NCBI RefSeq assembly: GCF_036321535.1
Contig: NC_087437.1
Location: 75,642,001 to 75,706,000 of the forward strand
DNA: 64,000 nt
Direction: 5' to 3'
From: Camelus dromedarius
Taxonomy: Eukaryota
A program made the position numbers and the translations under genes. Under the pieces are notes generated by a model. That model saw only the letters and a list, made by a program, of their open reading frames with translations. It ran no database searches and had not been told where the DNA came from. Below, piece by piece: positions 25,230 through 38,074 of this stretch. Positions within the stretch are counted from its first letter, which is position 1; each line of letters starts with the position of its first letter.

Positions 25230-26530
25230 CTTACTTCCATCCAATGAATATTTATCAATGCCTGCAGGGGATACAATGTTCAGCAAAAACTGACCTGTTC
25301 CCTGCCCTTAGGGAGTATATTTTCCACTGGGGAAGAGAGTCATTGAGTAAATAATTACATAAACAAAAGCATTATTGCCAGCTGAGTTAAGTGTTATGAC
25401 AATATTACAGGGATATATTACAGTAGAACCTGCCCTAATCTTGGGAGGGGGTAGGCAAGAAGGTGTCCCTGAAGAAGTGACACGTGGTCTAAGAACTGAG
25501 GAATGAGTAAAAGTTAACCAGACTTGGTGAGGCAGGGTGGGGAGAGCATTTCAAACAGAGGAGACAGCATGTGCAAAGGCCCTATGGTGGGATGCAGATG
25601 CCCACAGGAAAGCAGGCATAGGATCCGTCCTAAGTCCAGAGAGTAGGGGATCCACATGAGACTGGAGCTTCAAGCAGAGGCCAGACTCTTCAGAGCCTTG
25701 CTGGTCCTGCTAGGTAGATAGTCCTTTATCTAGGAACAGTGAGAACCATGAAAGCAGGGGGATGATATGGTCAATTTGCATGAAAAGGCCTCTTATATTG
25801 CAGTGTCAAGAGCAGAAGAAGAAGGCCAAGGCTGGAAGTGAGGAAGCAGTCAGGGGTCTACAGCACCAGATCTGATGAGAGATGACAGTGGCTTGGGCAA
25901 AGTGGGTGGCCGTGGAGATGGGGAGAAGAAGACTGCTTTGAGACATATTTCAACAGAATCAGTCACAGGACTTAATAATGGATTGGGTAGAGGATTGAAG
26001 GGGGAGGAGAGGGATGAGTCAAGAATGAGGCTCAGGTGTCTGGCTCATATGGCTAAATGGAGGACTGCGTCCTTCACTGATGGAGGGAACACCTAAGAGG
26101 GCTGGGCTTGGAGGGGAAAATAATTATGTTAACTTTTGGATGTGTCTAGTTTGAAGCTTTTCTGAGATATCCAAGTGGAAATCTGAAGGAGGCACCCGAA
26201 GTTCCGCTGACATCAATGCTTTGATGGCAATTGCACTCATGACAGAGGGTGAGATCACCTAGAGGTTCCATATAACCATCCATACAGAGTGGTGGTGGAG
26301 GGCAGGGGTCCTGGATTCAAGCTGCCTGGATTTGCAACCCAGCTTGGTTACCTCCTAGCTGTGCCACCATGAGGAAATGACTCAAACACTCTACACCAAA
26401 TTTTCCTCCCTATAAAATAGAGATGATAATATTTCCTACCCTATAGCACTGTTGGGAGTATGAAATGGCATGATGTATTTATAACTCTTATCATGGTTCT
26501 CAGAACCTAGGAACTATCTTACTAACCAGT
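25230..26530 (-). mobile_element. L2 LINE remnant followed by an oppositely oriented MIR (~26290-26530)
   Basis: gagacagcatgtgcaaaggccct, gagagatgacagtggcttgg, ttttggatgtgtctagtttgaag..gatatccaagtggaaat. Confidence 0.8.
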
Positions 26531-27074
26531 CAGTAATTGTGGACTTTCCTTCTTCCAGAGAGTACAGTTAGTGTTAGGACCCAGTTTAGGACTTGGCAAA
26601 AGGACTAAACCTTGTGGAAATCTAATGCTTAATGGCTGTATAAAGAAAGATGAATAACAACCACGTTACAGCCTGAATCTGTGCTATCCAAATCCTCCCA
26701 CCAGACAAACTAGGTCAGCAGCCATATATGGAACCGGCTAGGGTGGGTTATCCCTTTTAAAGCAGATAGAAAGGGAGGTCAGAGTCCTTGAAGCGAGCCC
26801 AAAATCAAAGGCCTGGTTCAAGGAATAAAGGGAGATAGAGAGTAAGGGACAATAAGCAGAGTCAGAAACAAGCTGGAAATAGCCTGGGAGCAGGTCAGAA
26901 ACCAAGGAGCTAAGGACCGGGAAATGGCTGCTATCCATGGGATGCCCAGAGCATCCTAATAAAGACAGGGGGACAAGAAGGGAGGAGCCACAGGATTTTT
27001 CATACCATTCTTGGATGGATAGATGCCTACCTTAGAAATATTTAAAATTGTTCTGTACAGAAACACTGAAAAAA

Positions 27075-27262
27075 AGTTTCCTCTGTATCACACAGGGAAC
27101 TATGTTCAATATCTTGTAATAACTTTTAATGAAAAAATAATATGAAAACAAATATATGTATGTATATGCATGACTGGGACATTGTGCTATACACCAGAAA
27201 TTGACATATTATAATTGACTGTACTTCAATTTTTTAAAAAATTAATTATTTATTTTTAAAAA
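27075..27262 (+). mobile_element. 5'-truncated L1 3' end (camelid/artiodactyl type)
   Basis: cacagggaactatgttcaatatcttgtaataac..tgtgctatacaccagaaattgaca. Confidence 0.85.
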
Positions 27263-29984
27263 GACACAATGAAATGACAGAATTTGGTAGCACTTCTAGT
27301 TTTAGAGTTTTAGAGTGTTCTATGTTATGTAAGTTCAGTCATGGCACAGTCTGAAATTTTGATACTTATATGTTAATATGTTACTTTAAAAAAATGTATC
27401 TTCTCTGTTATTCTCAACTAGCAATATTGTTTGGGGATATAATACATCAGACAGGAAGTATTGGCTTTATCCAAAACCTAGTTGACAGCCACATTCAAAA
27501 TGTTCTAAAAATGCTTATCGAGATGATGATAATGATGATAGTAATAGTGATGTCACCCATGTCGTTAGCAATGTTGTCTGCTGACAATAGGATCTGGTCA
27601 AATGTGATACCCGTGCTATGAAAAAAACTATATATGTAAATGTGGCGTGGTGTGTGTGGGGGGGCAGCATGCAATGGCAAGAAAACTTAATTAAAAGCAA
27701 ATTTGGACTGAAACCAAATATATAGCAATAGAATTTGCATTACTAAAGTATTGCTGTTGGCTCAGGCTCCTAGAAGTCTATTCTCATTATTATGATAGCT
27801 TCTATTTCTCCCATCAGATTGATGAATTGCTGAAGGAAGCAAAAATTGAATTAGTCTCAGTAAGTGAAAATCATTTCATTGAGCATGAATTTCTTTTGGT
27901 CCAGCCCCAATACTAAAATAGTCACAGGGTGAATATCAAATGGTCTCTAGACCAGACTATTTTCAGTCAAAGGCAAACATGCAATGCAGTTCAAAGGAAG
28001 AAACATTATTACCTGAAATTTAACAAGATCTTGGGAAATATTTAAATAGACTAAATCTACCTTAATTTTTTTTTTCCTGTTGTTCTGAAAGTTCTCCAGA
28101 CTGACATGATCTGTTTACTTATTGATTGCATGTTTCCTACTGTGCCAACAGCATTAGAGCCCCTGGGATCATTTTGAATGTAGCTTTTTAGTTTTCTAAA
28201 TCAGTGCGCTGTCATGTATTAAAGGCAGATGGAAAGTGATAAGTGGCCATCTCTCCACACACACCTCAAGGATGAAATTCTCTTCACCCCTCGCCCCACC
28301 CTAGCTGCCGTCTTGCTGACCTGCTTCTCTTCAGGAGTCCTCTCATTCTGTTGGAGCTTGGGGCCAGAGTAAAAATCACTCATCCAGTCCTCATCTTCCA
28401 ATTCCACGCAGTTAAGGACTTGGCAAAAGGAGTAGGTGGAGAATGAAAGCACACTCTCAGCTCGACCAGCAGGAACACCAGATAGGGTGACGCTGCGCCA
28501 TCCAAGAACAGTCTCAGCTTGCTGTTCTGGGCCAGGGAGCACCAGGCACTTTGTTAACCTGTGCGGGAAGTACAGCTGGACCTACTAGTTCTCTGCTCTG
28601 TGCCTACACCTGGGGACCCACTGGACTGTGACTTATTACCCACCTGCAAGTGGAGAAGCAAGAACAAGCTAGTGACAAGCTAACCACTGGGAGACTTGAG
28701 GCAGGCAAGTGCAGATCCTAGGAGCACTTGGGTCTGAGAAACTGGGAGAAAAAGAGCAGAGACCTATCAACATTTAACTTAGCACAGTAAGGAAACATGG
28801 CCAAGTAAGTGATGCTTTCCCCAGTCTCACCGACCAGAAAACCAAGAGAAGAGCTGAGGAAGCCGGGAAGGGCAGGGCTACAGCACCTCTCCCAAGAGAG
28901 CCACCAACCATTCCCAGATGTATGTAGAGAAACTATTATTTTTCATTATTTCTCCAATGGAAGTAATACACAAAAATGTTTTTTCCTTTTATATCAAGCA
29001 CTGGTTATAGATGACCCAGAATTTCCACTATGGAAAAGAGTTCATCGAGGTAAAGTTTATTCACGTTCACCATTTTGGTGATTATTAACCCTATTTTTCA
29101 ACTGGCAGCAAAGGATTTCTGGAGATCAGCTAATTCAATGTCTCTGAAGAAGCTGGTACAGTTTGTTGTAAATGTGTTTTGCTTCACAGACAATAGTGCT
29201 GTGATGGAATGGTTTGTCCATGAGTCTGTGAATAAATGAATAAATCACACACCTGTTAAATTGTGTGCCGCACATAATGAAGGGGTTGTGATGTGGGTTT
29301 TTTTTTAAGCAAGATGTTGCTTCTCTCCATTTGCTGCTCCTAAACAATTTCTAAATGTAATGTTGTGTATGTCTTCCCTTTTAGTGAAGCTCAAAGTACT
29401 TCATGGTGTTCGTATGTATGAATTCTAATTCTATTTATTCTCCCCATCAATTCTCAGAGTTCCAAATATAAACCTTGTGATTTGGCATCTGAGCAAATTC
29501 AAATATATCAACATTCTAGTCCTGTACCAGGTTATGTAGTAAGTCACATAGGGAGAAGTAGGAGTGGTGGATTCTGAACAGGTGCCAGGGCCTGCCACAC
29601 ACCTGGGCAGGTACTTATGTAAGGTGTGCAGGATCCTGGAGGAAACTGCCCAAGCCTTGGAGCCTCAGGCACCAATCCAGGAATACCTACTCCAGATGAG
29701 ATCTCCATACCAGGAACGTGGACACTGGCCCAGGACAAAGGAAGAAGGAACTCATGAAGATGCTGAGTTTAAAACCTTGTGCATGGATGGCTTCTGAGTC
29801 TTCAGTTGTATCTTACAGCTTTAAAACAATTTCCCCTTCAAGAGTTGGGAAGTGTACTTCCTTATGAATGAGGATATTATGTCTTTATCTAAGCTAAACA
29901 ATAATTGCAACATTGATTTGGTCCTACTTTGTACCTATTATTGCCAAGATATGCAGGGAAAAGAATAAAGTCTTTGGTGATTTC

Positions 29985-30295
29985 CCGGGGGAAGGGGAAG
30001 TTGGGATAGATTAGGAGTTTGGGATTAACAGATACACATTACTGTATATAAAATAAACAACAAGGACCTATTGTATAGCACAGGGAACTATATTTAATTT
30101 CTTGTAATGAGCCGTAATGTAAAAGAAACTGAAAATATATATTTGTATGTATGTGTGTTATGTGTGTATATATGTGTATGTATATATATGTATATATATA
30201 CACATATAAAAACTGAAACACTTTGCTGTACACTTGAAACTAAAATTGTGAATCAACTACACTTCAATTAAAAAAAGAGTTTTAAAAAAAAAAAA
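29985..30295 (+). mobile_element. 5'-truncated L1 3' end (artiodactyl type)
   Basis: ggagtttgggattaacagatacacattact..aacaacaaggacctattgtatagcacagggaactatatt, followed by an A tail. Confidence 0.88.
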
Positions 30296-30369
30296 GAGGA
30301 AAAGCTTTGGAAGCAGACCTAACCTAACTGTTTTAAATTCATGCTCTACATTCTAGTCGTCATTGGCCA

Positions 30370-31010
30370 AGCTACTTAACTTATCTGATTTGTTTATTCA
30401 TCTTAAAGAATAGGCATTTTTTTAAGATTCCAAAACAAACTAGTGAAAAAGAAGCAGACTCACAGATATGGAGAAAAAAGTGATGGTTACCAGTGGGGAG
30501 AGGGAAGGAGAGAGGGATAAAACAGCAGTAGGAGATTAAGAGGTGCAAACTATTGTGTCTAAAATAAGCTACAAGGATACATTGTACAACATGGGGACTA
30601 TAGCCAATATTTTCTAATAACTAGAAATGGAGTAAAACCTTTAAAAATTGCGAATCATTATATTGTTCACCTGTAACTTATATAATATTGTTCATCAATA
30701 TACTTCAATAAAAAATTTTTTTAAGTAGGCATAAAATTAGTATAGAGTAGGGCTGTTGGGGTAATTAAATGAGGCTCTGTGTGTGTGTGTGTGTGTAAAT
30801 GAAACATGTAACGTTCAGATTGAAACAGACATGTGGAAGTTAGATATTTTTATTTTTGTCTACTTCATGTATTAACTTCTTTACTGGTCCACCTGGTCCA
30901 TATATATTTATTCATAACAGCATCAAAGAGGTTCTTTGGCTCGAGGTATTATAAAGACAAAGGGAAGTGAAAGAGAGAGAGTAAGGAAAAAAGATAAGGA
31001 AAAAAGCAAA
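30370..31010 (+). repeat. Local direct duplication, copy A (interrupted by L1)
   Basis: Collinear similarity to 34120-34450; 27 identical bp at 30885-30911. Confidence 0.88.
30420..30722 (+). mobile_element. 5'-truncated L1 3' end inserted into copy A of the local duplication
   Basis: gcagactcacagatatggagaa..atggttaccagtggggagaggga..; flanked by taggcat at 30411-30417 and 30726-30732. Confidence 0.85.
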
Positions 31011-31475
31011 AGAAAGAAGTGAAAATGGCCGTGTGCCATAATACTGAGCCCTACAGTTGACTCAGCCATAGTTGTGCTGATAAGCTGTATGTTCCATACA
31101 GTGGGGTTCTGATAGAACTTACGATTCCTCCTCACTAAGACCTGAAGAAGACTCCCTCGGGAAAGGTTAACAGAGTAGTCTCTGGCCTGGGGTAAACTTT
31201 CCTTTCCTCCTCGTGTTGTTCAGCTGAGCCCTCCCCGCCTGCTCAGAGAGGCTGTGTCTGAGCTTGCCCCTGTTCTCAGTGTTTTCTCATTCACTTGCTC
31301 CAAGTTCACTTTATTTTGAGAAGAGCTCTTATCACTGTATTGCTAAGGAGGATCTCATAGTCTCTGGTGATTGAGTCAAAATGCTAGCCACTGTTAACTT
31401 GAGATGGCGTCGAAATACTTCTCTTTTCATTTTTGTTTCCCAAAAGGCTTCTTTCTCTTTTTTATCTGATCAGAG

Positions 31476-32258
31476 AGGCCCCCTGCCCTTATCCTCAGGA
31501 GGGCACATTCCAAAACCGCCCAGTGGATGCCTAAAACCACAGTACCAAACTCTGTACTTACTATGTTTTTTCCTATACATACGTATCTATGATAAAGTTT
31601 AATTGATAAATTAGGCACAGTAAGAGATTAACAACAATAACTCATAATAAAATAGAATAATAATAATGATATACTATAAAAAAGTTATGTGAATGTGGTC
31701 TCTTTCTCAAAATATCTTATTGTACAAATTTAATACCTATTCCATCTTAACTAAGCACTTATCAAGCACTGCAGTGAATTTCTTTTTCCTTCTTCACAAT
31801 TTCATGAATGGAAGATTCATTCTTACCACAGATCTTGGCAACCTCAGCATATGATTTTTTTCTTTTCTTATGAAGTCAAGAACTTTTACCTTTTCATTTA
31901 AATTTGGATAGCACTTGATGGCTTCTCTTTGGCATACTCAAATTGAATTGTCAACATCACTACCCTGGTGCTTTAGGCCATTATTAAGTAAAATTGGGTT
32001 AACTGAACACAAGCATTGTGATACCTCGATAGTTGAGATGATAACCTAGATGACCCCCGGGGCAGGACATGCTGGACAAAGGGCTGATTCACATCCAGGA
32101 CGTGATGGAGCGAGTTTCATCACACTGCTCAGAATAGCATGCAACTTAAAACTTACGAAATTTTTATTTCTGGAATTTCCATTTAAACTTTTCTGACTGA
32201 GGTTGACTGTGGATAATTGAAACCTCAGAAAACAAAATAGCAAATGAGAGGGACTACC
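31476..32258. mobile_element. MER44C/D (Tigger7-derived) DNA transposon
   Basis: cccagtggatgcctaaaacc..tatgttttttcctatacatac..aaattaggcacagtaagagattaacaacaataac; ends gagggactac. Confidence 0.88.
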
Positions 32259-32635
32259 CTTTTCTATGTCTTCCTGTGGAGATAGGGAGATTGTACTTTT
32301 GTTTTTCTTCTCATTATCTGCTCCTGCTAGCAGAAGAAGTAATTTTAATGTTGGTTTCAACCTGAACAATGGATTCCTTTAAAATGTGGATGCATGACTC
32401 CTTCTGCATAATTTCTGTATCTGAACGGTACCTGTGGCCACAGCAAATCAAGGCTGCACTCCTTAATCATTTACATCCAACACTGAGTGGGCTTCAAAAG
32501 CACATAAAGTGACACTGAAATCTGTCTGTTATCTTCAAGTGCTGTTTTCAGAGGTTTGTCGGAAGGGCCTTCTAGCCTTATGAAATAACTAAGTAGGAGG
32601 CACAAATAAAAGCCATCTGGCCTCCATATGCTGCT

Positions 32636-32770
32636 GGGGGTGAGTATAGTTCAGGGGTAGAGTGCGAGCTTAGCATGTGCAAGGTCCTGGGTTCAATCCT
32701 CAGTATCTCCATTTCTAAAAAAAGGAAACAAAAGGAAATATGAATAAAGTATGCACTTTATTTTAAAAAC
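32636..32770 (+). mobile_element. tRNA-Ala(AGC)-derived SINE (camelid Vic-1-like)
   Basis: A box tagttcaggggtag, anticodon loop ttagcat, B box ggttcaatcc, A-rich tail, TSD tgctgct at 32629-32635 and 32771-32777. Confidence 0.8.
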
Positions 32771-34119
32771 TGCTGCTCTCCGCTCACCCCATCACTTTTC
32801 TATAGCTCCTGAAATTCTCAGCACTGTTCATTCATTCTTCAATCCACAAGTATTTGCTGAGGTCCTCCAAGTATTTCATCACAGACTAGGTGGTGGGAGT
32901 TCATATAATGTGAATATACATATGGCTGTGCACACACGAACTCACAGTGGGTCTAGAAAGGGGACAATTAAACAATCATGGTAATGTGTTCTCAGTGCCA
33001 TGGCAGGAAAAGTACACCTCGCTCAAGAGCCTTACTGGAAACTTTTAACCTATGAAGGTGGAAGAAGGCAGGGGATGCTTCCTGGAGGAAGCGGGATTTT
33101 AATAATCCTATGATGCCATTCTTCTGAACTAGGGCATTTTTAAAATCCTTGTGAAAATGCAAACCACTTACTCAGGAGAAAAACATTTTTAGATCATAAG
33201 AACTGTGGGTATTAGCACAAACTAATCTTCAAAAGTGAGGCTCTGAAGAAATAAATATTAAAATTATTATATTTTGATGTTGGTGGAATGGAAATTAAGC
33301 CCAGGGAAATTAAGAGCAGGGAGCTGCTTCTGTGGGGGTTTTGTGTCTGCAGAGATTTGATGTGCCTGGGGGTGAGGGTAGGGCTGGGACTCAAGACACT
33401 GAAACAAGGTGCAGCTACAGCCATCTTTCCCCTCCATTTAGTTTTGCCTAAAGCTCACTCTGCTCTTGAGCTAGTCCTTACAAGTCCCTCTTATCAAGGA
33501 AAATGCCTCAACTTGGCTTCTAGATAGTGAAAGTGAAGTGTGAGAGGAAAAATATCTTCATAAAATCTGGCAATATATCTAGGGTAGCTGAGCGCCAAGA
33601 CAAGTTTGGCTGGAAAAATCCGTCTTGTTTTCCTGCAGGTTATCTCTATGACCCCTCCTTCTATGTAAATTGTTTATAGCTGTGGGGTTCATAACTCAAC
33701 ACAAAAATTGGTTGTTCATTATTTGATTACATTTCATGAACACATGCCGGCATCTACACTCCCTCATTCCTAGAGCCTGTCAGAAGGGCCAGTAAATGAG
33801 TCTCCTCTTTATTATTTAGAAAAGCTTCCAACTAAACATAACCACGACGTCATTTATATAGGTGCCTTGGAATGTAATAAAAATCCCTCACCCTAATCTC
33901 AACCTGTGTTCTTTTTCACTCCAATTTAAAACGTTTGTCAAACGATTTGCTTAAGTAAACTATAGGAATTGTTCCCTTGTGAACACGGAGAACGTTCACA
34001 AGTTATCAGCAACCAAGAATTTTGTTTCTACACTCCTTCCTGCCGTGAGAGATTGGCGCTTAGTGACCCAGAGTCCCTACCTCTCTTACCAGTAGTGGGG
34101 TGTGTGTGTGTTTGTGTGT

Positions 34120-34450
34120 AGTTACTTATAATTACCTGATTTCTCTTTTCATCAAAAAAAAGGGGCATAAAATTATTATAAAGTAAGGCTGTTGGGAGAT
34201 TTAAGTGAGATCATGTGTGTGCGTGTGACTGTGTGTAAACAAAACATGTACACACTCAGGTTGAAACAGACATATAGGAGTTAGACATCTTTACTGAGTG
34301 TTGGTCACTTTATGTACTGACTTCCTTATTGGTCCACCTGGTCCATATATATTTATCTACAACAGTATCAGTGAGGTTTTTAAACTTGCAAATATCACAA
34401 AGGCAAAGGAAGGTAAAAAAAGAGAGTGAAGAAAGAGAAAGAGAAATTTA
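34120..34450 (+). repeat. Local direct duplication, copy B
   Basis: Shares gcataaaatta..gggctgttgg..(TG)n..aaacatgta..ttgaaacagacat..agttaga..tggtccacctggtccatatatatttat with copy A. Confidence 0.88.
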
Positions 34451-34565
34451 AAAAAGAGAGAGGATGCCTGAAGGCATACGTGTGTGTTTGGGATGAAGAG
34501 GGAGAGACTGAGTTTAGAGTTCCCACTTCTGCTGTAGAACAAAGATCTGTCCCTGGTGGCCCAAC

Positions 34566-34646
34566 AGGGAAGTGCAGGAATGGGGCATGCTTCTTGGAAA
34601 TGGTAACAAAGATCTGAATAGCATTTTACATTTTCACTTTCACTTT
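34566..34646. promoter_or_regulatory. Candidate interferon-responsive module (ETS + GAS + ISRE)
   Basis: agggaagtg 34566-34574; TTCTTGGAA 34591-34599; ttttcactttcacttt 34631-34646 reads AAAGTGAAAGTGAAAA on the minus strand. Confidence 0.5.
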
Positions 34647-36035
34647 ATCCCAACAACAAACCCACGATGAAAGTAGATTAATTACAGTCAATCTCCTCCT
34701 TGCTGACTTTCAACCTATGGATGTTCACATTTTAAAAACAAAACCCTCCTATGAGAGCCTGCTCCATGGTACCAGCAGATGTGTCGGGGCGTGTGCTGCT
34801 GCCTGTTGGACTCTAAAATTGCATTGCTTGCCATCCGTGCATTTTGCTGTGTTTGTGTTTTTAAGACATTTTCTCAAGCAGTATTAACCACATCAGGTCC
34901 AGCAAGTCCAAGAGCACTGAGAGTGTTAAAAGTCTGTCAAGATATACAATTACCATGGAGACAGAAGAGATTTTTAAAATTTTAAAGTGGTGAGAAAAGG
35001 AGAAATGTTTCATGTGAATATAGAATGAATTATTCAAGAGTAAAAATGATTCTGAAGGACAAAGAGCAAATCATGTAACACATGAAATGCTTTGCCTGCG
35101 CCCATGAACAGCAACAGCAAAATGGACGAAGGCCCAGGGGAACACTATTTGAGTGTGTGGCTAGACACAGCGTAGGTAGGAACCTCGGGTTAATTCTAGG
35201 GATCAGAGAAGTTTAAGGACTAGCCGATGGGGCTCTCCTCCTGAGACTCTTGTCTCTAGCCAAAGAGAAGGCCTCTTCCAATCCTCCCTACATCCACACG
35301 AGGGGCGAGGTGGTGAGAATGGGGACAGACTGCTAAGCGGCAGCCCAGGATGCTGGGAGATTCCCAAGGAGAGCAGGTATCTGCCTCCACAGACTTCCAG
35401 TAGACACAAACAAGGATAATTGGGAGGAAATGCATGATTCACTCATTCAAAAGATGTATATTCAATGGCTTCTGTGTGCCAAGCACTATTGTCTCAGCTA
35501 GGCGTGCACAGCACAGCACACATATGAACAAGAACACTAGCCTTAGATAAAAGTTCGCAGAGCTGATTCACACTCCTATTCCTGGAAATGCATTTGGGAT
35601 TGCAAGCTTAGTCACTTTGGATTTTCCAACAAATGGATTCATTTATAACTTGGTTGTAAGTAGAGTTTCCATATTAGTATCCAGTCTACTGATGAGGAAA
35701 CTGGGCTTTGGAGACCTGCCCCAAGGAGTCCCCAGAGGTGGAGTGAAAATTCAAATCCAAGTATGGACTTCAAACCAGAAGTTCTCTCCTCTACTACATC
35801 AAGATTCTTTTTTCTTTCTCTTTCTTTCCTTTTTCAGTTTTATTAGGTAGAATTATTGCAGTTTGACTGCACATATACATTACATTGCATGTAAATACAT
35901 ACATACAGTATACTGCGCTTTTTTTTAGTTTACATATATGTATTGATTATTGTTTCTAAGAACAGATTAGAACTTTAGCTTTTTAAACTTACATAGTTAT
36001 CAAAGGAATAAAGCCAACTACAAAGTAAGAATCAA

Positions 36036-36899
36036 TACAGAGAAATGCAAATCAAAACTCCAATGAGGTATCACCTCACACCAGTCAGAATGGCAGTCAT
36101 TCAAAAATCCACAAATGACAAATGCTGGAGAGGCTGTGAAGAAAGGGGAACCCTCCTACACTGCTGGTGGGAATGCAGTTTGGTACAGCCGCTGTGGAAA
36201 ACAGTATGGAGATTCCTCAAAAGACTAGGAATAGACTTACCATATGACCCAGGAAACCCACTCCTGGGCATATATCCAGAAGGAACCCTACTTCAAAAAG
36301 ACACCTGCACCCCAATGTTCATAGCAGCACTATTTACAATATCCAAGACATGGAAACAGCCTAAATGTCCATCAACAGATGACTAGATAAAGAAGGTGTG
36401 GCATATTTATACGATGGAATACTATTTAGCCATAAAAACTGACAACATAATGCCATTTGCAGCAACATGGATGTTTCTGGAGAATGTCATTCTAAGTGAA
36501 GTAAGCCAGAAACAGAAAGAAAAATACCATATGAGATTGCTCATATGTGGAATATGAAAAAAAAAAAAACAAAAGCAAACATAAATACAAAGCAGAAACA
36601 GACTCAAAGACATAGAATACAAACTTGTGGTTGCCAAGGGAGCGGGAGGCGGGAAGGGACAGACTGGGATTTCAAAATGTAGAATAGATAAACAAGATTA
36701 TACTGTATAGCACAGGGAAATATATACAAGATCTTATGGTAGCTAACAGAGGAAAAAATTGTGACAATGAATATATATATGTTCATGTATAACTGAAAAA
36801 TTGTGCTCTACACTGGAATTTGACACAACATTGTAAAATGACTATAACTTAATAAAAATGTAAAAAAAAATAAAAAATAAAAGCAAAAAAGAAAAAAAA
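36036..36899 (+). mobile_element. Young 5'-truncated L1 (ORF2 C-terminus, 3' UTR, polyA)
   Basis: ORF 36045..36386 with CCHC motif [18 protein letters not shown] and a premature stop; TSD aagaatcaa at 36027-36035 and 36900-36908. Confidence 0.95.
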
Positions 36900-37009
36900 A
36901 AGAATCAAAGGAATGCAGTAATCCAATCATAAAGCACAGTAAAATGTGCTTACACATATTTAAGAAATCAATCATCTTAGTTATAAATAATAAGTAGTTC
37001 ATTTGTGTC

Positions 37010-37247
37010 CTTATTATTGTTGTTATTATTTTTTAGATTCTTCATATAAATGATGTCATGTGGCATTTTTCTTTCTCTTTCCGGCCCACTTCACTTAGAA
37101 TGACAATCTTCAGGTCCATCCATATTGCTGCAAATGGCATCATCTTATTCTTTTTTATGGCTGAGTAGTGTTCCATTGTATATATGTACCACTTCTTTAT
37201 CCAGTCATCTGCTGATGGACATTTGGGTTGTTTCCACATCTTGGCTA
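37010..37247 (-). mobile_element. L1 fragment (end of ORF2)
   Basis: Minus-strand [45 protein letters not shown]. Confidence 0.9.
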
Positions 37248-38074
37248 CATCATGATTCTTTAAAATAGGGTCCAACAAAAAATAAATTAATAAAAATAAA
37301 ATAAAATAAAAAGGTCCAACATATTATCTAAAACTGGATCAAAAATTGATCTCCAAAATTTTCTTCCTTTAGTTCTTGGAAGCAAATGACATGCAATGCC
37401 TTAGATTTTCTTTTTCACATGTGATGAGAGCTGCTTTCTAATAAACTACAAAGTGTATTACTAAGGATTACTAAAATATGGTATCATAATCTAAAATTAA
37501 CATAGTATTAGAGTTTACCAAGAACTAATTCTATACTATGAAGATTGAACCAAAGGATCTTCAACTCTGGCATATGACCCATGCAAAGACATGAAGATAG
37601 TTTGGAACTTCTGTAATTTCAAGTAAATATGCTGTATATTTTGAGGGTTGTTATTAAGAGCAGCCTGGAGATTCCAGTTTCTGCCATTGTTACTTTTAAT
37701 TATCATTCATTGTTAATTTAATTTTAGAATTCTCATTTTGTTTGTGGTGAGTTGTTGGGTTAATCTTCTAGTGAAAATAATGTATCAGTAGTATTTTGCC
37801 TCAAAATTATCCAGTGACTAGATTTTTAAGACATAGATCCTTTGAAGCTCAAAATAAGCACTTATTTTGCTAAAGAATGTGTATGTAGAATTGATCTTCA
37901 CCCAACAAATATACTTGTACATAGATACTTCATTTTTTTTAAATCAAGGGTGTTTTTTTTTTTTAAATTGGGAAGTGGGAATGAGTAGAAGAGTAAACAG
38001 ATATTTTCCGCATGTGCTCAAAAATGTCTGAGAGTCACCATAGCCTCTGGAATACAATTACTACCACCCTCTAG

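Noticed and set aside
27370..27700. ORFs with Met/Ile- or Asp-rich runs
   Set aside because: Produced by a degenerate (GAT/AAT)n tract; no protein family recognised
32636..32711. Functional tRNA-Ala gene
   Set aside because: Mismatched stems, an A-rich tail and a TSD indicate a retroposed SINE copy
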